The notes under the pieces are model-generated. The model was not told the origin of the DNA. It was given only the letters and a program-made list of their open reading frames with translations, and did not search any database. Below are positions 1-10,020 of a DNA stretch of 46,204 nucleotides, piece after piece (the first letter of the stretch is position 1; every line of letters begins with the position of its first letter). Origin of the DNA: Raillietiella orientalis (lineage: Eukaryota); the NCBI GenBank assembly GCA_036172245.1, contig JAYWIR010000171.1, positions 1 through 46,204 on the forward strand, in the 5' to 3' direction. The position numbers and the translations under genes were made by a program.

Positions 1-528
1 GAGTGGACCCGGCGGCCTGTTGGACGCTGCCGAAACTTTGGGGCCGCCTGCGAGAAAATGAAAAATCGATGGCACGGGGATTCATTAGTCTGGAGATCAC
101 GCGCGCAGCAAAAGTCGGTCATCTCGGCAGATGGAGACGCTTCGCGATCATGGGCGGGAGGAGAGGGGCGCAGGATCCACCTGAGGCTTGCGTGAGAGCC
201 GCTGATCGTCTGGCATCGCGCGTTCTCTAGTCCACAGGAACCCCCCCTTTCCCCTCCTTCCTCTGGCCGTTCGGGTGTTCCCCCGCCGCGACGCCGCATC
301 GCACCGTCTCGACGTCGCCGCCGTCGGCCATCGGTTTCCGGGAACCCGGCCGAAGCCGTCATCCGGAACATCTTTCCCAGTCTACGGGGAGGAGGGGGTA
401 CCCGGGGAGACGGGACGGAAAAAGAAAACCGCAGGGCGCTGCGGGAAGGTCTGGCACCCAAAGCTCGTCCGTTCGTTCTGTGGGGTCCCGGGAGGCCTCC
501 AGTCGCCACTCCAAAAAAAATCGAGACA
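1..528. mobile_element. GC-rich non-satellite flank, probably the terminal part of an LTR retrotransposon inserted in or abutting the array
   Basis: Composition changes abruptly at ~527. The flank ends in ...GAGACA (TGTCTC on the minus strand, matching the TG...CA LTR terminus rule). The minus strand also has a PBS-like TGGCGACT (complement of 501-508) and a 24-nt polypurine tract (complement of 241-264). No gag/pol domain and no partner LTR are in the window, so the class is inferred. Confidence 0.4.
241..264 (-). other. Polypurine tract on the minus strand (AGAGGAAGGAGGGGAAAGGGGGGG), PPT-like
   Basis: The plus strand reads CCCCCCCTTTCCCCTCCTTCCTCT, pure pyrimidine. On the minus strand the tract is followed after 4 nt (TTCC) by TGTGGAC starting at 236. 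Confidence 0.35.
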
Positions 529-583
529 TCTACTGATTTCGAGTTGATTACAAACCCTTAAACGTCCAACTTCGCTCCACATT

Positions 584-860
584 ATGAATCAAAGTGAAGA
601 AAAACCTTCCCTTTCTAATTCCGACACTGGTAACCATGAAAACGAAACAGAGTCCAAAGTGCCCCACCCTAAGGAAAGGACACACTCATCTCAATGTTCT
701 TCTGAACCCAGTCAAATGGACGTATGTGCAGCTATCCATGCCACGAATTTCCCGCTCGCTGCAAATGGACGCTTCGGGGAGAGGAGCAAAAGTTCAAAGG
801 AGTCATCTACTGATTTCGAGTTGATTACAAACCCTTAAACGTCCAACTTCGGTCCACATT
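584..860 (+). repeat. Representative complete satellite monomer (277 bp; phase chosen arbitrarily at ATGAATCAA)
   Basis: ATGAATCAAAGTGAAG at 584 and again at 861; the sequence between aligns to every later unit. Confidence 0.97.
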
Positions 861-1689
861 ATGAATCAAAGTGAAGAAAAACCTTCCCTTTCTAATTCCG
901 ACACTGGTAACCATGAAAACGAAACAGAGTCGAAAGTGCCCCACCCTAAGGAAAGCACGCACTCATCTCAATGTTCTTCTGAACCCAGTCAAATGGACGT
1001 ATGTGCAGCTATCCATGCCACGAATTTCCCGCTCGCTGCAAATGGACGCTTCGGGGAGAGGCGCAAAAGTGCAAAGGTGTCATCTGCTGATTTCGAATTG
1101 ATTACAAACCCTTAAACGTCCAAATTCGGTCCATATAATGAATCAAAGTGAAGGAAAACCTTCCCTTTCTGATTCCGACACTGGTGACCATGAAAACGAA
1201 ACAGAGACCAAAGTGCCCCACCCGAAGGAAAGGACGCACTCATCTCAAGGTTTTCTGAATCCAGTCAAATGGACGTATGTGCAGCTATCCATGCCACGAA
1301 TTTGCGCGTTCCTGTAAAATGACGCTTCGGGGAGAGGCGCAAAAGTGCAAAGGTGTCATGTGCTGATTTCGAATTGATTACAAACCCTTAAACGTCCAAA
1401 TTCGGTCCATATAATGAATCAAAGTGAGGGAAAACCTTCCCTTTCTGATTCCGACACTGGTGACCATGAAAACGAAACAGAGACCAAAGTGCCCCACCCG
1501 AAGGAAAGGACGCACTCATCTCAAGGTTTTCTGAATCCAGTCAAATGGACGTTTGTGCGGGTATCTATGACATTAATTTTCAACTCACTGCAAATGGACG
1601 CTTCGGTGAGAGGCACAAAAGTGCAAAGGTGTCATCTGCTGATTTCGAATTAATTACAAACCCTTGAACCTCCAAATTCGGTCCACATA

Positions 1690-4600
1690 ATGAATCAAAT
1701 TGACGGAAAAAATTCCCTTTCTAATTCTGACTCTGGTAACCATGAAAACGAAACAGAGTCCAAAGTGCCCCACCCTAAGGAAAGGACGCACTCATCTCAA
1801 TGTTCTTCTGAACCCAGTCAAATGGACGTTTGTGCGGCTATCCATGCCACGAATTTGCCGCTCGCTGCAAATGGACGCTTCGGGGAGAGGAGCAAAAGTT
1901 CAAAGGAGTCATCTACTGATTTCGAGTTGATTACAAACCCTTAAACGTCCAACTTCGCTCCACATTATGAATCAAAGTGAAGAAAAACCTTCCCTTTCTA
2001 ATTCCGACACTGGTAACCATGAAAACGAAACAGAGTCCAAAGTGCCCCACCCTAAGGAAAGGACACACTCATCTCAATGTTCTTCTGAACCCAGTCAAAT
2101 GGACGTATGTGCAGCTATCCATGCCACGAATTTCCCGCTCGCTGCAAATGGACGCTTCGGGGAGAGGCGCAAAAGTGCAAAGGTGTCATGTGCTGATTTC
2201 GAATTGATTACAAACCCTTAAACGTCCAAATTCGGTCCATATAATGAATCAAAGTGAACGAAAACCTTCCCTTTCTGATTCCGACACTGGTGACCATGAA
2301 AACGAAACAGAGACCAAAGTGCCCCACCCGAAGGAAAGGACGCACTCATCTAAGGGTTTTCTGAATCCAGTCAAATGAAAGTTTGTGCGGGTATCTATGA
2401 CGGTAATTTTCAACTCACTGCAAATGGACGCTTCGGTGAGAGGCACAAAAGTGCAAAGGTGTCATCTGCTGATTTCGAATTAATTACAAACCCTTGAACC
2501 TCCAAATTCGGTCCACATAATGAATCAAATTGACGGAAAAAATTCCCTTTCTAATTCTGACACTGGTAACCATGAAAACGAAACAGAGTCCAAAGTGCCC
2601 CACCCTAAGGAAAGGACGCACTCATCTCAATGTTCTTCTGAACCCAGTCAAATGGACGTTTGTGCGGCTATCCATGCCACGAATTTGCCGCTCGCTGCAA
2701 ATGGACGCTTCGGGGAGAGGAGCAAAAGTTCAAAGGAGTCATCTACTGATTTCGAGTTGATTACAAACCCTTAAACGTCCAACTTCGCTCCACATTATGA
2801 ATCAAAGTGAAGAAAAACCTTCCCTTTCTAATTCCGACACTGGTAACCATGAAAACGAAACAGAGTCCAAAGTGCCCCACCCTAAGGAAAGGACACACTC
2901 ATCTCAATGTTCTTCTGAACCCAGTCAAATGGACGTATGTGCAGCTATCCATGCCACGAATTTCCCGCTCGCTGCAAATGGACGCTTCGGGGAGAGGCGC
3001 AAAAGTGCAAAGGTGTCATGTGCTGATTTCGAATTGATTACAAACCCTTAAACGTCCAAATTCGGTCCATATAATGAATCAAAGTGAACGAAAACCTTCC
3101 CTTTCTGATTCCGACACTGGTGACCATGAAAACGAAACAGAGACCAAAGTGCCCCACCCGAAGGAAAGGACGCACTCATCTAAGGGTTTTCTGAATCCAG
3201 TCAAATGGAAGTTTGTGCGGGTATCTATGACGGTAATTTTCAACTCACTGCAAATGGACGCTTCGGTGAGAGGCACAAAAGTGCAAAGGTGTCATCTGCT
3301 GATTTCGAATTAATTACAAACCCTTGAACCTCCAAATTCGGTCCACATAATGAATCAAATTGACGGAAAAAATTCCCTTTCTAATTCTGACACTGGTAAC
3401 CATGAAAACGAAACAGAGTCCAAAGTGCCCCACCCTAAGGAAAGGACGCACTCATCTCAATGTTCTTCTGAACCCAGTCAAATGGACGTTTGTGCAGCTA
3501 TCCATGCCACGAATTTGCCGCTCGCTGCAAATGGACGCTTCGGGGAGAGGAGCAAAAGTTCAAAGGTGTCATCTACTGATTTCGAGTTGATTACAAACCC
3601 TTAAACGTCCAACTTCGGTCCACATTATGAATCAAAGTGAAGAAAAACCTTCCCTTTCTAATTCCGACACTGGTAGCCGTGAAAACGTAATAGAGACCAA
3701 AGTGCCCCACCCTAAGGAAAGGACGCACTCATCTAAGGGTTTTCTGAATCCAGTCAAATGAAAGTTTGTGCGGGTATCTATGACGGTAATTTTCAACTCA
3801 CTGCAAATGGACGCTTCGGTGAGAGGCACAAAAGTGCAAAGGTGTCATCTGCTGATTTCGAATTAATTACAAACCCTTGAACCTCCAAATTCGGTCCACA
3901 TAATGAATCAAATTGACGGAAAAAATTCCCTTTCTAATTCTGACTCTGGTAACCATGAAAACGAAACAGAGTCCAAAGTGCCCCACCCTAAGGAAAGGAC
4001 GCACTCATCTCAATGTTCTTCTGAACCCAGTCAAATGGACGTTTGTGCGGCTATCCATGCCACGAATTTGCCGCTCGCTGCAAATGGACGCTTCGGGGAG
4101 AGGAGCAAAAGTTCAAAGGAGTCATCTACTGATTTCGAGTTGATTACAAACCCTTAAACGTCCAACTTCGCTCCACATTATGAATCAAAGTGAAGAAAAA
4201 CCTCCCCTTTCTAATTCCGACACTGGTAACCATGAAAACGAAACAGAGTCCAAAGTGCCCCACCCTAAGGAAAGGACACACTCATCTCAATGTTCTTCTG
4301 AACCCAGTCAAATGGACGTATGTGCAGCTATCCATGCCACGAATTTCCCGCTCGCTGCAAATGGACGCTTCGGGGAGAGGCGCAAAAGTGCAAAGGTGTC
4401 ATGTGCTGATTTCGAATTGATTACAAACCCTTAAACGTCCAAATTCGGTCCATATAATGAATCAAAGTGAACGAAAACCTTCCCTTTCTGATTCCGACAC
4501 TGGTGACCATGAAAACGAAACAGAGACCAAAGTGCCCCACCCGAAGGAAAGGACGCACTCATCTAAGGGTTTTCTGAATCCAGTCAAATGAAAGTTTGTG

Positions 4601-5286
4601 CGGGTATCTATGACGGTAATTTTCAACTCACTGCAAATGGACGCTTCGGTGAGAGGCACAAAAGTGCAAAGGTGTCATCTGCTGATTTCGAATTAATTAC
4701 AAACCCTTGAACCTCCAAATTCGGTCCACATAATGAATCAAATTGACGGAAAAAATTCCCTTTCTAATTCTGACACTGGTAACCATGAAAACGAAACAGA
4801 ATCCAAAGTGCCCCACCCTAAGGAAAGGACGCACTCATCTCAATGTTCTTCTGAACCCAGTCAAATGGACGTTTGTGCGGCTATCCATGCCACGAATTTG
4901 CCGCTCGCTGCAAATGGACGCTTCGGGGAGAGGAGCAAAAGTTCAAAGGAGTCATCTACTGATTTCGAGTTGATTACAAACCCTTAAACGTCCAACTTCG
5001 GTCCACATTATGAATCAAAGTGAAGAAAAACCTTCCCTTTCTAATTCCGAAACTGGTAACCATGAAAACGAAACAGAGTCCAAAGTGCCCCACCCTAAGG
5101 AAAGGACGCACTCATCTCAATGTTCTTCTGAACCCAGTCAAATGGGCGTATGTGCAGCTATCCATGCCACGAGTTTGCCGCTCGCTGCACATGGACGCTT
5201 CGGAGAGAGGCGCAAAAATGCAAAGGTGTCATCTGCTGATTTCGAATTGATTACAAACCCTTAAACGTCCAAATTCGGTCCATATA
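1690..5286 (+). repeat. Local 3-monomer higher-order repeat, 830 bp (277+277+276), with one 553-bp truncated unit at 3350-3902
   Basis: Heads ATTGACGGA / AGTGAAGAA / AGTGAACGA cycle at 1690/1967/2244, 2520/2797/3074 and 3903/4180/4457, with a partial cycle at 4733/5010. ORF-track translations repeat with offset 830. Confidence 0.93.
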
Positions 5287-6114
5287 ATGAATCAAAGTGA
5301 AGGAAAACCTTCCCTTTCTGATTCCGACACTGGTGACCAGGAAAACGAAACAGAGACCAAAGTGTCCCACCCGAAGGAAAGGACGCACTCATCTCAAGGT
5401 TTTCTGAATCCAGTCAAATGGACGTATGTGCAGCTATCCATGCCACGAATTTGCCGTTCGCTGCAAATGGACGCTTCGGGGAGAGGCGCAAAAGTGCAAA
5501 GGTGTCATGTGCTGATTTCGAATTGATTACAAACCCTTAAACGTACAAATTCGGTCCATATAATGAATCAAAGTGAGGGAAAACCTTCCATTTCTGATTC
5601 CGACACTGGTGACCATGAAAACGAAACAGAGACCAAAGTGCCCCACCCGAAGGAAAGGACGCACTCATCTCAAGGTTTTCTGAATCCAGTCAAATGGACG
5701 TATGTGCAGCTATCCATGCCACGAATTTGCCGCTCGCTGCAAATGGACGCTTCGGGGAGAGGCGCAAAAGTGGAAAGGTGTCATGTGCTGATTTCGAATT
5801 GATTACAAACCCTTAAACGTCCAAATTCGGTCCATATAATAAATCAAAGTGAAGGAAAACCTTCCCTTTCTGATTCCGACACTGGTGACCATGAAAACGA
5901 AACAGAGACCAAAGTGCCCCACCCGAAGGAAAGGACGCTCTGATCTCAAGGTTTTCTGAATCCAGTCAAATGGACGATTGTGCAGCTATCCATGCCACGA
6001 ATTTCCCGCTCGCTGCAAATGGACGCTTCGGGGAGAGGTGCAAAAGTGCAAAGGTGTCATCTGCTGATTTCGAATTGATTACAAACCTTTAAACGTCCAA
6101 ATTCGGTCCACATA

Positions 6115-9100
6115 ATGAATCAAATTTACGGAAAACATTCCCCTTCTAATTCCGACACTGGTAGCCATGAAAACGTAACAGAGACCAAAGTGCCCCACCC
6201 TAAGGAAAGGACGCACTCATCTCAAGGTTTTCTGAATCCAGTCAAATGGACGTTTGTGCGGGTATCTATGACATTAATTTTCAACTCACTGCAAATGGAC
6301 GCTTCGGTGAGAGGCACAAAAGTGCAAAGGTGTCATCTGCTGATTTCGAATTAATTACAAACCCTTAAACGTCCAAATTCGGTCCATATAATGAATCAAA
6401 GTGAAGGAAAACCTTCCTTTTCTGATTCCGACACTGGTGACCATGAAAACGAAACAGAGACCAAAGTTCCCCACCCGAAGGAAAGGACGCACTCATCTCA
6501 AGGTTTTCTGAATCCAGTCAAATGGACGTATGTGCAGCTATCCATGCCACGAATTTCCCGCTCGCTGCAAATGGACTCTTCAGGGAGAGGCGCAAAAGTG
6601 CAAAGGTGTCATGTGCTGATTTCGAATTGATTACAAACCCTTAAACGTCCAAATTCGGTCCACATAATGAATCAAATTTACGGAAAACATTCCCTTTCTA
6701 ATTCCGACACTGGTAGCCATGAAAACGTAACAGAGACCAAAGTGCCCCACCCTAAGGAAAGGACGCACTCATCTCAAGGTTTTCTGAATCCAGTCAAATG
6801 GACGTTTGTGCGGGTATCTATGACATTAATTTTCAACTCACTGCAAATGGACGCTTCGGTGAGAGGCACAAAAGTGCAAAGGTGTCCTCTGCTGATTTCG
6901 AATTGATTACAAACCCTTAAACGTCCAAATTCGGTCCATATAATGAATCAAAGTGAAGGAAAACCTTCCTTTTCTGATTCCGACACTGGTGACCATGAAA
7001 ACGAAACAGAGACCAAAGTGCCCCACCCGAAGGAAAGGACGCACTCATCTCAAGGTTTTCTGAATCCAGTCAAATGGACGTATGTGCAGCTATCCATGCC
7101 ACGAATTTCCCGCTCGCTGCAAATGGACGCTTCGGGGAGAGGCGCAAAAGTGCAAAGGTGTCATGTGCTGATTTCGAATTGATTACAAACCCTTAAACGT
7201 CCAAATTCGGTCCACATAATGAATCAAATTTACGGAAAACATTCCCTTTCTAATTCCGACACTGGTAGCCATGAAAACGAAACAGAGTCCAAAGTGCCCC
7301 ACCCTAAGGAAAGGACGCTCTCATCTCAAGGTTTTCTGAATCCAGTCAAATGGACGTATGTGCAGCTATCCATGCCACGAATTTCCCGCTCGCTGCAAAT
7401 GGACGCTTCGGGGAGAGGCGCAAAAGTGCAAAGGTGTCATGTGCTGATTTCGAATTGATTACAAACCCTTGAACGTCCAAATTCGGTCCATATAATGAAT
7501 CAAAGTGAACGAAAACCTTCCCTTTCTGATTCCGACACTGGTGACCATGAAAACGAAACAGAGACCAAAGTGCCCCACCCGAAGGAAAGGACGCACTCAT
7601 CTAAGGGTTTTCTGAATCCAGTCAAATGGAAGTTTGTGCGGGTATCTATGACGGTAATTTTCAACTCACTGCAAATGGACGCTTCGGTGAGAGGCACAAA
7701 AGTGCAAAGGTGTCATCTGCAGATTTCGAATTGATTACAAACCCTTAAACGTCCAAATTCGGTCCACATAATGAATCAAATTGAAAGAATACCTCCCCTT
7801 TCTAATTGCGACACTGGTGGCCATGAAAACGAAACAGAGTCCAAAGTGCCCCACCCTAAGGAAAGCACGCACTCATCTCAAGGTTTTCTGAATCCAGTCA
7901 AATGGGCGTTTGTGCAGCTATCCATGCCACGAATTTCCCGCTCGCTGCAAATGGACGCTTCGGTGAGAGGTGCAAAAGTGCAAAGGTGTCATCTGCTGAT
8001 TTCGAATTGATTACAAACCTTTAAACGTCCAAATTCGGTCCACATAATGAATCAAATTTACGGAAAACATTCCCCTTCTAATTCCGACACTGGTAGCCAT
8101 GAAAACGTAACAGAGACCAAAGTGCCCCACCCTAAGGAAAGGACGCACTCATCTCAAGGTTTTCTGAATCCAATCAAATGGACGTTTGTGCGGGTATCTA
8201 TGACATTAATTTTCAACTCACTGCAAATGGACGCTTCGGTGAGAGGCACAAAAGTGCAATGGTGTCATCTGCTGATTTCGAATTAATTACAAACCCTTAA
8301 ACGTCCAAATTCGGTCCATATAATGAATCAAAGTGAAGGAAAACCTTCCTTTTCTGATTCCGACACTGGTGACCATGAAAACGAACCAGAGACCAAAGTG
8401 CCCCACCCGAAGGAAAGGACGCACTCATCTCAAGGTTTTCTGAATCCAGTCAAATGGACGATTGTGCAGCTATCCATGCCACGAATTTCCCGCTCGCTGC
8501 AAATGGACGCTTCGGGGAGAGGTGCAAAAGTGCAAAGGTGTCATCTGCTGATTTCGAATTGATTACAAATCTTTAAACGTCCAAATTCGGTCCACATAAT
8601 GAATCAAATTTACGGAAAACACTTCTAATTCCGACACTGGTAGCCATGAAAACGTAACAGAGACCAAAGTGCCCCACCCTAAGGAAAGGACGCACTCATC
8701 TCAAGGTTTTCTGAATCCAGTCAAATGGACGTTTGTGCGGGTATCTATGACATTAATTTTCAACTCACTGCAAATGGACGCTTCGGTGAGAGGCACAAAA
8801 GTGCAAAGGTGTCCTCTGCTGATTTCGAATTGATTACAAACCCTTAAACGTCCAAATTCGGTCCATATAATGAATCAAAGTGAAGGAAAACCTTCCTTTT
8901 CTGATTCCGACACTGGTGACCATGAAAACGAAACAGAGACCAAAGTGCCCCACCCGAAGGAAAGGACGCACTCATCTCAAGGTTTTCTGAATCCAGTCAA
9001 ATGGACGTATGTGCAGCTATCCATGCCACGAATTTCCCGCTCGCTGCAAATGGACTCTTCGGGGAGAGGCGCAAAAGTGCAAAGGTGTCATGTGCTGATT

Positions 9101-9973
9101 TCGAATTGATTACAAACCCTTAAACGTCCAAATTCGGTCCACATAATGAATCAAATTTACGGAAAACATTCCCTTTCTAATTCCGACACTGGTAGCCATG
9201 AAAACGAAACAGAGTCCAAAGTGCCCCACCCTAAGGAAAGGACGCACTCATCTCAAGGTTTTCTGAATCCAGTCAAATGGACGTATGTGCAGCTATCCAT
9301 GCCACGAATTTCCCGCTCGCTGCAAATGGACGCTTCGGGGAGAGGCGCAAAAGTGCAAAGGTGTCATGTGCTGATTTCGAATTGATTACAAACCCTTGAA
9401 CGTCCAAATTCGGTCCATATAATGAATCAAAGTGAACGAAAACCTTCCCTTTCTGATTCCGACACTGGTGACCATGAAAACGAAACAGAGACCAAAGTGC
9501 CCCACCCGAAGGAAAGGACGCACTCATCTAAGGGTTTTCTGAATCCAGTCAAATGGAAGTTTGTGCGGGTATCTATGACGGTAATTTTCAACTCACTGCA
9601 AATGGACGCTTCGGTGAGAGGCACAAAAGTGCAAAGGTGTCATCTGCTGATTTCGAATTGATTACAAACCCTTAAACGTCCAAATTCGGTCCACATAATG
9701 AATCAAATTGAAAGAATACCTCCCCTTTCTAATTGCGACACTGGTGGCCATGAAAACGAAACAGAGTCCAAAGTGCCCCACCCTAAGGAAAGCACGCACT
9801 CATCTCAAGGTTTTCTGAATCCAGTCAAATGGGCGTTTGTGCAGCTATCCATGCCACGAATTTCCCGCTCGCTGCAAATGGACGCTTCGGTGAGAGGTGC
9901 AAAAGTGCAAAGGTGTCATCTGCTGATTTCGAATTGATTACAAACCTTTAAACGTCCAAATTCGGTCAACATA
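6115..9973 (+). repeat. Tandem 7-monomer duplication (1932 bp + 1927 bp) built from 276-bp class monomers
   Basis: The rare head ATTGAAAGAATACCTCCCCTTTCTAATTGCG is at 7771 and 9698, the AGTGAACGA monomer at 7495 and 9422 (offset 1927), and the CATTCCCCTTCT variant at 6115 and 8047 (offset 1932). A 5-bp deletion in monomer 8599 accounts for the difference. Confidence 0.88.
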
Positions 9974-10020
9974 ATGAATCAAATTTACGGAAAACATTCC
10001 CTTTCTAATTCCGACACTGG

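Noticed and set aside
200..231. Helitron 3' end (CTAG followed by T at 227-231)
   Set aside because: No convincing GC-rich hairpin 10-12 nt upstream of the CTAG.
513..520. A8 run as the poly(A) tail of a LINE or SINE
   Set aside because: Short and separated from the satellite by TCGAGA, with no polyadenylation signal or Pol III boxes recognised. It cannot be fully excluded, but the CA terminus fits an LTR better.
3..582. ORFs in the flank (3-230 +, 275-547 +, 382-582 -)
   Set aside because: Short, expected by chance in GC-rich DNA, with no gag, pol or other motif. Two of them run across the junction into satellite.
584..860. Monomer as a dimer of ~138-bp subunits
   Set aside because: The two halves do not align by eye; only short motifs such as CAAATGGACG recur.
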